DNA of 44,462 nucleotides from Tubiluchus corallicola (Eukaryota > Animalia > Priapulida). Below the pieces are notes generated by a model. It did no database searches. It was not told the origin of the DNA and saw only the letters and a program-made list of their open reading frames with translations. Location of the stretch: NCBI GenBank assembly GCA_030141605.1, contig JAQGDQ010001360.1:1-44462 (forward strand). The letters are read 5' to 3'. The position numbers and the translations under genes are program-made. Of this stretch, positions 14,504-28,388 are shown one piece after another; position 1 is the stretch's first letter, and the number at the start of each line of letters is the position of its first letter.

Positions 14504-15060
14504 TTAAAGGAAAACGGGATGATTGCGTTGAAATTAATTCAAAATAAACTATGCTCTAAAAAATTTAATATTAAAAACTACAATAGTTTTTTTAAATCAA
14601 AGCTTACATTAAATAATAATTACCTTGGATAGTTAAATTTTGTTAAACTTTCAAAGCTACTCGAGGCTCATGCAACATGCCGTCATATCAGACTGATAAT
14701 GTTGCCTTTTTGTCACATTCACATGGCCGACAAATAGGCGCTGTAGCGTGATGCACTTAACCATGAACTGCATTGTTCGTCTGTGACGTGGAGCCCATTT
14801 TTGTGACATCACATTAGCGTCTTATAGTAATCGTCACTTACGGAAACGTGCCTGACGCGCAAGGAAAATACCTACCATTGCATAAATTGTGGTTAGTTTG
14901 TGATGTAAGCCGTCGTTGTATTAATGTATTAATTAATTAATTTCAAGCTAATTATTCAAATGTAAGCAGCAGCTGCTAACTTCTATGACAAGAAAATGTA
15001 TATTTTAGACAGTAACTTAAAATGAAATTGAGTTTAATCAATCGTTCGGTTCTCCTTTAA
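14504..15060. mobile_element. TTAA-flanked Kolobok/T2-like MITE, family A copy 1
   Basis: Termini TTAA-AGGAAAACGGGA ... TTCGGTTCTCCT-TTAA; colinear homology with 40686-41233. Confidence 0.75.
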
Positions 15061-15494
15061 TAACAGGAAGTTTATTGCTTACTACACTAATTGTCGCAGA
15101 TTGACATGCCGAAAAAAGGGTGATTAGCACTAATTTGTTCTTTCTGGTAATTTTTAAAACTTCTGATTCTTATGTCTGAGGTAACTTTTTTAAGTGCGAG
15201 ACTCTGCAAGTAGGTTTAAGAGTAGTGCCGAAAAAAGAAATAAACAAATGAAAGAGGAGGAAAACAAAGAAATAATTAAACATTGGTAAAATGCTTGTTG
15301 TGTCCATCTTTTTTCACTCTATTGTACTCGGTTATTGTAACAAGTAATCAAATTATGCTCTCAGTTATTAATTCGTTAATTTCTTAAAATTTTTAAATAT
15401 TATTTAGGAAACATGGGTGTAGTTAATTTTTATTAATTTGATTTTAAGATTATTTTTAATGAGGAATTGATCTGCAGTTTTAATAGGTCGATGT

Positions 15495-15560
15495 TAAGCT
15501 TGGGTATGAACCAGGTACCTTTAGATTGCAAGTCTAATGCCATGACCACTAGGCGACGGA
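15495..15560 (-). pseudogene. tRNA-derived relic (SINE head or tRNA pseudogene)
   Basis: Minus strand: A-box-like TCGCCTAGTGG, perfect stem TTAGA-cttgcaa-TCTAA, B-box-like GGTTCATACCC. The acceptor stem does not pair. Confidence 0.55.
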
Positions 15561-15773
15561 TTCCTAACGATTGCGTTTGGTGTTAATTCAGTCTTTACTG
15601 CTGTTCATTTACGAGCTAATTAGAGCTAATGCAGATGTACATAACTTTTAAAGATTGTAAGTAAGAGACCATTGGTAATTTTTTAAGATGAGATGCTGAT
15701 TTAAATGTTTGATATAAAGTGACCTTTAGACGCTGTTCCTAATTATTCGTTTATAAGTTTAACACTCGTAAGC

Positions 15774-16163
15774 TTAAAGGAAAGAACAAGTCACTCAGTG
15801 TGTTGGGTTTATTTTACTGTTATTACTTAAACTTAGAAAAATATAACAAAGACATTTGCAAAGAACTACCTTTACAGCATAAATTTAAAATATACTACCT
15901 CTGAATAGAATTTTCATGTATGGTGGTTGTCGTCACTCACTTGAAAGTGATGACGTAACTGGGAGGCTTCGCGACGTAAGCGCGGCGTGGCTTTCCGTAA
16001 TCGCGCGCTGCTTAAACTAATTCAAACTTTAGCGACGACTCTAAAGTGAAATTTTAATAGTTACACAAGGCGTTTATTACAGTTTTGTTACTAAATCCTT
16101 CTAACATTTTTCGTGAACATTGAAATAAGTCTAACCTCTTAAAAGGCTTGGTCTTTCTTTTAA
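15774..16163. mobile_element. Kolobok/T2-like MITE, family B copy 1 (internal deletion)
   Basis: Termini TTAA-AGGAAAGAACAAG ... CTTGGTCTTTCTT-TTAA; homologous to 36425-36970 and 41582-42020. Confidence 0.8.
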
Positions 16164-16614
16164 CGTATCTTCTCCTTCCCACGCCTGATCATGTAGTTAT
16201 AATGGGAGAATGAATGTTGTTTAATATTCTGTGCTGGGTCGACGTTTGTTTGTTCTCCGGGTTTTTAATAGTTATGCTAACATTGTCAATCTCATTCAGC
16301 TAGATGGTGTCTATAGAAACAACGTTACAGTTTGCATAATTTATCGTACCCAATCAGCCAAATTTAGTGGGAAGCTCGCCATTAAAGGCAGTAAATAACC
16401 ACCACAACTACCAAAATACAATCATGGTAAAAGCTGGTGGTTGAAATTTTGAATTTATCCGGCTTAGTGTTCGTTGACGTACGACAGTAGGAAATTGTAG
16501 ATGTTGTAGATGTTGTATTTATCATTAAATTTATGCAAGACGTATACGTCCTCTTTTGCGGTGGCTCTTGCAAGCAGATTCTATGTTGCTGGAGTTCCGA
16601 GACTGCGATCAAGA

Positions 16615-17010
16615 GAAATAATGGGTGCTGAGATTATAATATATACTGAGATCATGGGCGCTGACGTATCAGGTACGGCAATACGGGTGCTGACGTCGTG
16701 TGGGTACCGACGTTACGTTTGCTGAGATTATGGGTACTGAAGTTACTGGTGTTGAGGTTACGGGTGCTGACGTCGTGTGGGTACTGAAGTTACTGGTGCT
16801 GAGGTTGTATGGGTACCGACGTTATGGATGCTGAGGTTGTGTGGGTACTGAAGTTACGGATGCTAAAGTTGTGTGGGTATTGAAGTAACGGGTGCTGAGG
16901 TTGTGGGTGCTGGGGTGATTGGGGCTTAAGGAGTTGATGGTTACTGATTTGGGTGTTGAAGGTACTGGTAATGAGGGTGCAGGTGTTGAGGTTGCGGGTG
17001 ATGACGTTGG
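16615..17010. repeat. Degenerate copy of the same 15-bp minisatellite family
   Basis: Recurrent ggtgctgaggtt / gggtactgaagttac units in the same orientation as 32930-33805, with indels. Confidence 0.8.
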
Positions 17011-19629
17011 AAGCACAACGTCAAACACGTGCACTTTTCCACGTAGTGTTTGAATTTTTAATCTTTCGTGGAAGAAAAACTTTAGTGTGAACTTTCGTCA
17101 CCCGGGTGGATGTGACTCGCTTCTGAATCAGTGGTTTGGCAGGGACATGCGCAGACAATCTTCATTTCTGTGTTTCTTTCCACATTTAAGTGGTCTGTTA
17201 CTTTAATGATAATAGCAGTTTTCTGCTTCTCTAGTAAATTGCATGATTATCTAAATGGTATGAATTTGTTGAAGCCATAATTATCATATAAATAAACTGT
17301 ACTCAGTTTTTAGCTTAATCAATTGATATTTCTAGATCACCACCTTAGGTTAGCGCAATGGCTTAATTTTAATATGTTCTACTTAATTTGTGCACGCTCG
17401 GTCATACAGGAAGTAATGCAGCATTAATCCTACAATCTTATAGTTGTTCCTAACCGACAATCCACTCTTTCTAACATGAGCAGAAGAACATAACATAAAC
17501 TAGCATAACTTTGTTTATTTATCGGACAGATCATTCCAATTGTATTTTGTTAATCACTGCAAAATTCACATTTACATACAAACGGATATAATAACAAAAA
17601 ACAAAATACTAATAATAATTAATAATACTAATAATAGTAAAGATATCTTATATTAGCTAGTTTAATCTACGGCCAAAGAGAAGATTCAATGTGAGTCATT
17701 TGAAAATATACACCCCTATGTTTCCACCTCACTATGCTGCTCTGCTGTTCTCTTCACTGCCAGAATGCGCCTCAGTTATATCTCTACAGTACGGAGACTG
17801 GCGTGCTGCTTGTTTAAAAAACGTAGTTTAGCTAAAATTGTGAAATCACATAGCACACATACTTTGTCGTTTTAAGCTACACTTTTATTTTCTCATCTTC
17901 TACCTTTTATCTATGCAACTTTTCAAAAACATAAATCAACAAATAACGCAACCAAGCTTTCAGTTTGTCGATTTGTTAAAATTAAACGAAATATTGTATT
18001 TGGTGAAACGTTTTCCCTATAGCTTGTTATTACTTTCCCTTTTCAGTCTCCACCAACCGATCCGTACCAATCTGCACCGACTCAGTTATTAGGATTTCCA
18101 GAATTATTAGCGCAAAAATCCTGTTTCATGTGATGTAAAAAAAAATTTTGAAAATAATAATTGCCAGAGAAACTGATTAGTGATAGGAAAAACGAATTCT
18201 TAAAATAAAAATGATAGCCAGTATCCACTTAAAGAAAGACAGCTTTTACTCAGTCACAACATCTGCAACATTTCGACACATTAATATAAAAAACAATGAT
18301 ACAAACATCAAAATTGTGACATTTTTGTCTTCGTTGCTTTTCACAAAGTTGATTTTTGTATTACAATTTTTTTCATTGTATTTTTATTTAGGTGGATTGT
18401 TGCGTGATTGTTTAAAAACGTTGCAGTTGTTGTGTCTGAATAAAAGCCATGTCTTCGCTCTTTAAAGAATGGCTTACGTGAAAGAATTATTACCACACAA
18501 ACGTAATTTCACGTTCGCGCCACCAGTTGTTCGCGGTTATATGCATTTCGCCGTTCGCAGTTAGATGGGTACTAGCGCCTGCATTTCGGAAATGCCTTGC
18601 ACAAAAAACAGGTGCTGTATCTCTCAGTTCAGATATATTAGTTTCTGACGAACAACACACGTTTGACAGCTCATGCGTGTGTACAGTGGTAAACTCAAAA
18701 TTAGAATTTTTATCTTAAAACTTGCCAAGTTTTAGTACAACACACTTAATATCTTACAGTAGCACTGTACTTCAATTTTTGCTTTCGTAAACACGTACAA
18801 CACACTCATGGAATATTTTTGATATTGAAAATTATGTTAGTTTGTGATGTCATCAATAGTTGGGCTCGCTCGCCGTTAATTAAGATTTTAATGTGTCATT
18901 TAATGATCAGAAGCGCTTTCCAGTATTTTTGGTGTTAAAGTGTATACTTTTTGTCGTACTTGAAAATGGGGTAGTATATGAAAATCATCCTGTCTTCCTT
19001 TAAGCGGGCGCTGGCTATCATTTTTATTTTAACCATTGCCAGAGCAGGTTTAACGTCTTCTAACAAATAGTTTTTCCTATAATTCTTTTCAACAATCTAG
19101 TTTTTCAAGCACGGACGTTGTTACTATGGTTTCAATATCTAACCACTAGACAGCTGTAGGTAATTTAATGTTGTCTGTCCAGCAGCAAACAACATTAGCT
19201 GGATTGACGCAGATCTCTGCTTATTTACTAGAGATTACGAATACTTGGCAGGTCTGACTGGGTTATCATTACTAGATGCGTATGGTTTAGGAACAGCACA
19301 TGCGCAGTGCGTTAAGTCGCGTTGACGTAGATAGTTGTTTATCGCTAATTACAATGAGTACGCCCGCTGAATCTTAGTTTTGTTGACAAGCTTATTCTAG
19401 GATGAACTTGTGCGTGTGGCCTCAACAGCAAATGAAGCATTAAAAAAGTAAATAAATTAGGAATACGAAAATGTAAGGATAAAAAAGATAAAAAAACGTA
19501 AAGAAAGTTGCCAGGGAAAAAGAAATGAGCAGGGAGGGGGATTGTCTTTAGCTGCCTCTGTTGCTGTCGTGGCCGTCATTGTTGTTCTTGTGCTTTCTAT
19601 TGTTGCTAATGTTGTAGTTTATTGCTGAC

Positions 19630-19856
19630 TTTGATGACGAAGACGACGACAATAATGATGACAATCGTCACAGTAGTCACAATAGCGATGATGATGATGA
19701 TGATGATGATGACGATGATTGTGATGATGACGGTGATGATGATGGTGATGATGACAGCGATGATGATGATGACGATCATTGTGATGACGTTGATTATCAT
19801 AGTGACGGCGGCGACGACGACGACGACGACGACGATGATGATGATGATGATGATGA
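19630..19856. repeat. Degenerate (GAT/GAC)n
   Basis: Directly visible. Confidence 0.9.
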
Positions 19857-21189
19857 GTTTTCCAGTGTGATGTGAAATGCTTAAACTTGTGAGAGCTTAC
19901 TAGTAGCGAATCCTAGAAAAGCGTTGTAAAGAAATAAAAAAGCAAGTGAGATTGTCAATCCCCCCCCCCCACAAACACACAAAAGGTAGAAATGCAGAAG
20001 ACAAGAATAAAGAAAAACACGAAGAAGGGCAGTTAAACTTAACATTTTTTTTCTACCTTGCTTTTTTTACTTTTGCCTTAACATAAATGACACTCTCACC
20101 ATTACTAAGTCTGTGAATAAATCAGCATGAGGTCACTGTAGTTTTTGCCGTTATATTTTTAACAAAGCCAGAGCTATTATATTATAAACAGTATAGTAGT
20201 TTATGAATAAAGCAGGGAACCAGCTGATTGGTCGCAGTTGTGTCTGGTTGCAAAAGTGAAGTAATGTCGAGAATGGTTAGTAAGTGGATAGGAAACTACT
20301 AGGAAGACAGGAAAAGCTGTTTCTCTACGGTTTCATTTGTATAGAAACTATTTATATGATCGGGAAATGAGCATCGAGTGTGGCTAAGATACTTGTGCCG
20401 TTTCAGTGTTTAATTCTAAAAGATTATTATTGATAATGCATGAGGAACCGGTCTTGCCATAAGTACTGGATTCCGTACTTGCAGATTTGTGTGTGTGTGT
20501 GTGTGTGCGTGCGTGTTTGCGTGCGTGTGTGTGTTTTGTGGGTGTGCGTGTGTATGAGTGCGCCCAGCAAATCCAGAATGCCATGGCACAGTTTCACTAA
20601 TTCTTCGTGTTGCCTTGCTCTGCTGATGCCACTTAAGCAATAATTTCCTGAGAACGTGAGTGAAGTGAGATTTTGGTAGTGATGTCATAGAATGAAGCCA
20701 GACGATGGCCTTGAGGTAGTCGAGTGTCACCGTGTACTGCGCCTGTGTGTATTACAATGAGAAGTGCCCTGCAGAAGCAAAGATTTAAGTTTTAAGTGCC
20801 TGACTTTGACCCCTGAATTTAACATTGACTGTGAACGACCTTGACCTCATGTAGTCTACGAGCTGAGTTTAACCTCAGATAAGTTATGACTGACCTCGAG
20901 CTGAGATCATCCGTGAACTGATCTTAATCTGGGCATGCTGCAATGTTCTCAATGCATCTTCCGTCTTTACCAGATAGTCATCCAAATAGGTCTGTCGTTT
21001 TATTATTGCATTGTGCCATTAAAATTGTTTTTGTGCATACTTTCCATTTTATGTTTTTGGTAATCTTTCACCGCTGCCCCTCGAGATGACCCAAGTTTTC
21101 AACTTTTTTTGTATTATGTTTATTTTTGTCACATCTGTTACACAATAGTTTTTGCATTTTCGTATATGTAAGTGGGTAATGTTGACACC

Positions 21190-21570
21190 TTTGGTGCAGT
21201 GGAGTGTTAGTATAACTCAGTACGAGGTGTAGCAGAGTGTAGGTGCAACTCAGTTCACCACGACACGGTGGTGTAGCAACGTGTACGTGCAACTTAGTGC
21301 AACACAATGCAGTAGTGCAGTAGAGTGCAGGTGCAAGTCAGTGCAGCACAATGTAGTAGTGCAGTGCAATGGTGTGCAGGTGCAACTCAGCACAGCACAA
21401 TAATGCAGTGGTGTATTGGAGTGTCGTACAACTTTGTGCAGCACAACGCGGCGGTGTAGCGGCATGTAGGTGCAACTCAATGCAACGCTGGTGCAGTAAA
21501 GTGGAGATACAATTTCGTGCAGCGAATGCAGTTGTGCACTGGAATGCACTGCCATTGTAACGCATGAAGT
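21190..21570. repeat. Degenerate GTGCA-based pentanucleotide satellite
   Basis: Recurrent gtgca/gtgta/tgcag units. Confidence 0.7.
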
Positions 21571-22784
21571 GTAATTTTTTAGCGTAGCCTCATCAGTAGC
21601 TGTTGACAGATTTTTCTGCCGTATCTAAATGATGGTTCCACAAAAATGGCGGACGCCCTGTCAAGCGTCTATGACAACTATGTGACGATCATCAGCAATC
21701 ATATCTCATTAGTCGCTTTCATCAGCTTCCTCTAACAGGATGAGGATGAAATCGAGCATGCAAAAAGATGCATTAACGCTAATGTGCACATCGCCTTTGC
21801 TTCAGTTCCTTGTATTACGCCTAGTCGGTTTACGAGGTGTCATATAATTATAGAGCTCTGATTATAAAGCCTTGATTGTCCACGTTCTTTTGTCACAACA
21901 TCTGAGTAAAGTCGTCACCTGGTTATTTTTACATTTTTAGATGTCATTTCGTTTTGCATCGTGTACCTGGCCGTATAATTTAAAAATAAATTTTTCACAC
22001 AAATTTAATTAGTCAGTATGACAGTCATAGACAGTCTTATGTCATGTTGATGAAATGCTTAATTATTTATCCTGTTTTAGAGTGTAAAACATATACTTCT
22101 ATTGTAGTAATGGTGTGATATATAGACTACGTATTGCATGTAACAATGGTATTCTTTATTTCAATTAATGTACACAAACTCTACTGTACGAAATACATAT
22201 ACATAAAATTTTTTGTGTACCATCAGTCGGAAGACTGATAAGTGCAATAACGCCTATACTAAATCTACTTTAAAACTTCTGCAATCACTAATTAATTTCT
22301 ACTTAATTTTAAAATTCACAAAATTCTAACATTGTAAACATTTACATGGTCTTAGTTACCGATATAAAAATTTGAATTGAATTGAATTGTTTCTTCATTT
22401 GCTTCATGAAACAATCATTGTGGAATGTATTTGCTTCATTGGTGATTTAAGACTTTTAATCAAAGAATAAAAATACTTTTATACAATGTCACCTGTTTGC
22501 GTGTGAAAAGACATTCAGTTCCCCCCCAGGGTAACTGTACTCTCTTGTATCAACTCTCGGTGTATGTATTATTTATATTAGCATGTATACAACAAGTCCA
22601 TTAGAAGCTTATTTTCCTTTACATTTCCGCACAAGCTTGAACTGAAGCTGAAAGCATCTATTTTTCTCAAGTGGTGTGAGATATCACGCACGTGCTTCTT
22701 GCATATGCTACTGCACTTAACGCTAACACCTCTATAATAACAGGGTTGTTTCATACTCCGTTCAATAGTTTGCATTTGCTGATG

Positions 22785-23320
22785 TAATGATGACGATGAT
22801 GTTTGCAACGATGGCGACAGCGACAATGATGACGATAGTCGATGATGGTAACGGAGATGATGAAGACGATGAACAATGACAATAATGTCGGCATTATGAC
22901 AATAATGATGATGACGATTACAGCAATGGCAACAGCGACGATGGTGAAGATAGTCGATGATGGTAGCATAGATGATGAAAACGATGACCAATGACAATAA
23001 TGTCGGCATTCTGATTTTGATTCTGATAAAAGCAATGGCGATGATGACAATTTGATGGCGACAATATAATGATAATTAAGATGGCGATGACGAAAATGAT
23101 GGTGACAGTTTGGCGACGATGATGATAATGAAAATTAAGATGTTGTTAATATTCATGTTTATAATTATGATTACGGTTATGTTGTTACTGCTTACGTCGT
23201 TGTTGTTTGTGCTGCGATTGTTTATGTTTATCATTACGTTGTTGTTATTGATGATGACGATGATGATAATGTTCATAACGATAATGATGTGATAATGATG
23301 CTGATGTTGATGATGGTGAC
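22785..23320. repeat. Degenerate (GAT)n/(GTT)n low-complexity tract
   Basis: Directly visible; includes a ~115-bp-period internal duplication. Confidence 0.85.
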
Positions 23321-25589
23321 AATTTATACTCATCTTACTGGGATTTAACGTTTTTTAAAGCAGCGAAATAACTGCATTCAATAGGAAAAGCTTTTATAAT
23401 TAAACAGCCAGAGTTTATTTGTATCCATCACGCAATCACGCAGATTTTTGCTGTTTTTCGCTTCGGTTTTCTACCTTTCTGCCACTTATTGACTTTCGTG
23501 CTTGTCTCTGTGTTCATCCACCAAGCTGTATATGAATACCTTTCTACTTCTCCGAGCATTCTCAGATACGAAGTGTTGAAAAGCTCGAAATGATCTTCTC
23601 CTTGCATGCTCTTTATTAACATTTACGTGTAACGCTGCTAACAATTCATTGAAAGTTTTTAAACAAGTTAAAAATTGTATTAGAGGCGCGGTAGGTGTCG
23701 AACCCCCGAGCCCTCAATTTTTATTCAATGCAAAAACTGTAAGGCTCTTTCCCAAGCGTGTGCTGAAATGAATAAGTTTTCTTGGAAAGCAAGCTTTTAG
23801 CTACGTACCAGCAATTGCTTTTTAGAGCAGAAAACGCAAATGAAAAAGTAAATGACTGAATTATTTTTATAAAACGCGTGATTGCAGTTGAAGTAAGAGA
23901 ACTGAATTTGTTGATAGTTGTTACGATTTGTAATTGTTCTCAGTGCTAAGTGTTGGGTACATACATGTCTCCTGTTACCTGTTAAATTTGGTTTTGTCCC
24001 TTTAACTGTCATCAGTCATGTGACCAGGTTGTTGGCCAGGTAGAGATTAACTGGCATGCAATTCAAGTTGATATGATGTAAAATTTGTGAATTCATTTGT
24101 ATTGTTTTTGCAAGTAATAAGCACCAAAACTTAGGGAGAGCACATGTAAGTGTCTAATGATCTTTGTTGTATTTGGTTTATACAAATAGGTGTATTACTT
24201 TGTTGCATAACTATAATCGAAAATCACGTGATCTAATTTAGTAATTTACCTGCATCAAACTCATCTTTTTTTGGTAGAAATTCATTGCTGTAATTTATTA
24301 TTACTGATAAAACGACAGTTGCTGCATATTAAACATATTTGGATGTTCTGAAGTTTAAATGTACTACACTACGGAACTAATTTACACCTCCAGCAACAAA
24401 ATCAGTAGTTCTCTAATTGACGATGTTGACGTTAACGATTAAAAGCCACGACAAAAAAGTATTTTTAACATTACCGCCTACTTATTAAGTCAAACTGTTA
24501 CACATTTCATGCAAATATAGGATTCTAACATTCAAATAAACTAATTTAATTTCGCCTGTTATAAATTCATATCACAATTTTGTAAGAATTTTTTTAAACA
24601 ACCTTTTCGACACTCATTAAAAGAACTTTCGCTCGTTCTTATGTTTAGTTCTAAGCTATGTTCCTGTTAAAGAATTCCGTAATGGACTTTCATGCATTTA
24701 AGAAATGTAACACTCAAGAAAATTTTGTTGTTGATGCAGACTGTTTGTGGTAAAACTATTTGTTTGTTTGTATTATTGCCTCATTCTGGAAGAGGTCCTG
24801 CGAATTGTGATAGATCATAATAAGCCGATTGGGCTTCAACTGGCCTCACTGTATCAATACTACTCATCGGAACGACTTGCCTCAGCGTGAATAGGCTACT
24901 TTATTTTTTCGGCAAACGCGCTTCGGGCAGAAATTAACTTGATACCAACTTAGAATCGGAAATGAATTGAAACTGAATCTCCAGTGGACTAACTTCCGGT
25001 TGGCATTCTCCCGTTAATTACAATGCATTGGAAAATCATTTCGCCAGCCGCAGAATTTCGTCATTTCTGCCAAATGGATTCTTCAAGGGAAATAACGACT
25101 TTCATTCAGTTCTGTAAACGAAACACAGTTTTGCTATTTGGTGGCGCCGCATAGTGTCAGCGTTGCTAGGCAAAGTATTAAGAATTTCAGTTCTAGAGTC
25201 AAATATGGCGGGTTGTGGAAAAAAACTGGGTGGCTGACCGGTGCCTATCATTACTAACTTATCCTTACAGTTCAGAAAATTATGAAAATAACCGTTAGAG
25301 GCACAGTTGCAACGGCAGCATAGGCAACGACGACGACGACAGCAGCAGCAGCAGCAGCAGTAGCAGCAGCAACAACACCAACAACAGCTATTAATGCACG
25401 GGTGAACGTATTTGCACAAAGACACAATTAGCACAGGAAAGAAGTACAAATAGTTTTCTTCAAAAAAAGTTGTGATTAATTTTTGTTTTGTTTGCTTAGA
25501 GTCACGGCCGCCGGAAATTCAATTTAGACTTTGAAAATGAAATGTAACGATAATGTAATCAATAATTACAGAAAAACCATTTTCAGACT

Positions 25590-25825
25590 TTAATGAAGAT
25601 CGTGATGACTATGATAATGACAATATAAAAAACTGAGATAGCGATGGCGATGACGATGATGTTGATGATGATTATGACGACGACGACAAAGATGCTGATG
25701 CTGATGACACTGACAAAGATGATGAAAATGATTGTTACGAGCAAGGTGACGATGGTAGCAATGACAATAACTGTGATAATGATGGAAATGTTGATGATCA
25801 TCATTATTTTGATGATAGTGATGGT
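25590..25825. repeat. Degenerate (GAT)n
   Basis: Directly visible. Confidence 0.85.
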
Positions 25826-26483
25826 ACAACTACGATGGAGGCAACTAAGCCTATAACTTTACAACTAAGCAGTTTGGATATATAAATGTTTTTCTAAGAA
25901 GAGGGGGATAAACACTAAAGAATTTGCCCAAAGAAATTTTGGCACAAATGTTAAAGATTCATTAGTTAAAAAAGCAAATAGGCGAAAGAAATGACGAGTG
26001 TACGAATATGTCTATTTGATAAGAATAAAGATTATATGATAATTAATTGCAAAATTAGGAAATTAGGAATACCATTATTATCTAGAATAGGTTATTATTT
26101 CAGCAGCGCTTACTTACTGTTTACATAACCGAACTGCTCACTAGTGTAAACAATGTTGTTTACGATGACATGAAACCTTTTACCTGTGTCCTGTATGGGC
26201 TTCTAAGCTTACTAGATTCTAGTAGGTTTGCTGATCGTCTTTAGTGAAGCTCTTGCGCGGAATATTAAGCTCTTGAAGTCGAGAAGTTTCAATAATTTGA
26301 AGAAGATGTTAATTTTTTCTTCAAAGTTTCAAGTGCCACATATGAAAAAGTAATAGTAATATTTGCAAGCAACTAACTACAATCTTAATTTTCTGATGAT
26401 TTTTCTGTAATTTGGCAATGACAAAACTCACTTAATGTATGACAGGATGTATGTACGCACTAGTTATGACAGGACCGGAAAAA

Positions 26484-27057
26484 GGCCCATTTCACAATGA
26501 GGGCGTAAGGAAAAGGAAACAGCGCGGTTTTTACGCGCGTTCAACTTCTTGAAGACCTATGCAGCAAGAAAGTTCATTTCACACTGAAACAGCGCGGTTT
26601 TTACGCGCGTTCAGCTTCTTGAAGACCTATGCAGTAAGAAAGTTCATTTCACACTGAAACAGCGCGGTTTTTATGCGCGTTCAGCTTCTTGAAGACCTAT
26701 GCAGCAAGAAAGTTCATTTCACACTGAAACAGAGCGGTTTTTACGCGCGTTCAGCTTATTGAAGACCTATGCAGTAAGAAAGTTCATTTCACACTGAAAC
26801 AGCGCGGTTTTTACGTGCGTTCAGCTTCTTGAAGACCTATGCAGCAAGAAAGTTTATTTCACACTGAAACAGCGCGGTTTTTACGCGCGTTCAGCTTCTT
26901 GAAGACCTATGCAGCAAGAAAGTTCATTTCACACTGAAACAGCGCGGTTTTTACGCGCGTTCAGCTTCTTGAAGACCTGTCCCTTTTTGTGAGGAATATC
27001 GCGAGGAGTATTTTCCTCTAGGAATTTTCGGGCGCAGCCTTGCATGTGAAATGGGCC
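26484..27057. mobile_element. PIF/Harbinger (Tourist-like) MITE containing a tandem array
   Basis: Perfect 13-bp TIR GGCCCATTTCACA...TGTGAAATGGGCC; 3-bp flanks aaa / taa, consistent with a decayed TAA TSD. Confidence 0.75.
26516..26978. repeat. 70-bp minisatellite, ~6.6 near-identical units
   Basis: Unit GAAACAGCGCGGTTTTTACGCGCGTTCAGCTTCTTGAAGACCTATGCAGCAAGAAAGTTCATTTCACACT starting at 26516, 26586, 26656, 26726, 26796, 26866 and 26936 (partial). Confidence 0.97.
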
Positions 27058-27325
27058 TAAGGTAAACAGCAGAGGTGCATCAGGTACGCCTTAACAAGAG
27101 AAATGCCGAAATGGCGAGATAGCTGAAACCAGACAAATGAGAATATGAAATGGGTGAGGTAATGTGAGGTGGGGTGAGCGGAGGTTGGGTGAGGTGAGAT
27201 AAAGATAAAGTGCAGAAAGGTAACATGAAGTTTGTTAAGTGATGAATGGCCAACAAACATAAGATAATGAGTAGACAGTATGGTAAAATACGCTATGGGG
27301 GCATTTAGCACAGCACAACATTGTT

Positions 27326-27645
27326 CAGTGCAGTGCAGTGTAGCACAGTACAGTGCAGTGCAGTGCAGTGCAGTGCAGTACAGTACAGTACAGTGCGGTG
27401 CTGTTTAGTATAATACGGTACTGTACTATACAGTGCAGTGCAGTGCAGTGCAGTGCAGTGCAGTGCAGTGCAGTGCAGTGCAGTGCAGTGCAGTGCAGTG
27501 CAGTACAGTACAGTACAGTACAGAACGGTACGGTACGGTACAGTACGGTACAGTAAAGTACAGTGCGGTGCTGTACATATAATACGGCACTGTACAGTAC
27601 AGTGCAGTGCAGCTCAGAACAGTGCAGTTCTGTGTAGTGCAGTAC
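27326..27645. repeat. (CAGTG)n/(CAGTA)n pentanucleotide microsatellite
   Basis: Directly visible. Confidence 0.95.
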
Positions 27646-28388
27646 ACAGTTTTTAACACGGTGTGAAAAGTACTTCTTATGATGTGTGCAAAGCTGACAT
27701 GAGTTGCAAGTCTGGAGCTTTGAGGTGATGAGGAAGAAGACGTAAGCAGCTTAGTAAACATGCTTACTATTTACTCATGTGTAAAAACTACTTCCTTCAA
27801 GCGTGATAGCAATGTACGCAAATGATAATCATGGCAGATTGTTAGGATAATAAATGCCATACTAGTGGGAGGTTTATTGACACGTGTAACCTAGATCTAA
27901 ATAAGCACTTAACATATACGTCGTCAATATCTAAATTAGCAAAATTATTATTGGAATACAAATGATGGTAAGTTAATAAATTGATATCAATATAAAACGA
28001 ATTTAATTTTTCGCGTGACAAAAACGATGTTATTATCCTATTTTCACTACAGATATATCGAAATAACGACGATGACGATGACGGTGATGATAGCAACAAT
28101 GACAATTAGCAACGAAAATGACAAGACAACAGCAGTAGCAAACAACAACAGGAATAGCGCAACGGCAATGCAATAACGGCAAAAATAATCACCCATCACA
28201 AATGGACTGATTGTAATTATTCACTGGACTATTCTTTACTTTTGATGTATGACTCTATTTCACACTTAACAAACCCTGTCGAAAATTGTTCTCAGTAATT
28301 TTGACAAGTTTTGCGTGCAGGGTTCCATCAATGATCGCCATGGCTAATTTCTCACGAAATTTACACAGTGACTGACAAATTTTGCTAG

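Noticed and set aside
20416-20730. 104-aa - strand ORF with a faintly death-domain-like LLLKWHQQSKAT
   Set aside because: GTG start, runs into a (CA)n repeat, no clear donor site, and the similarity is too short.
24000-24900. Possible highly decayed + strand LINE
   Set aside because: It has 3'-UTR-like texture but I could read no convincing protein motif.
26516-26978. CRISPR-like regular array
   Set aside because: Units are head-to-tail identical with no unique spacers; eukaryotic context, no cas genes, and it lies inside MITE TIRs.
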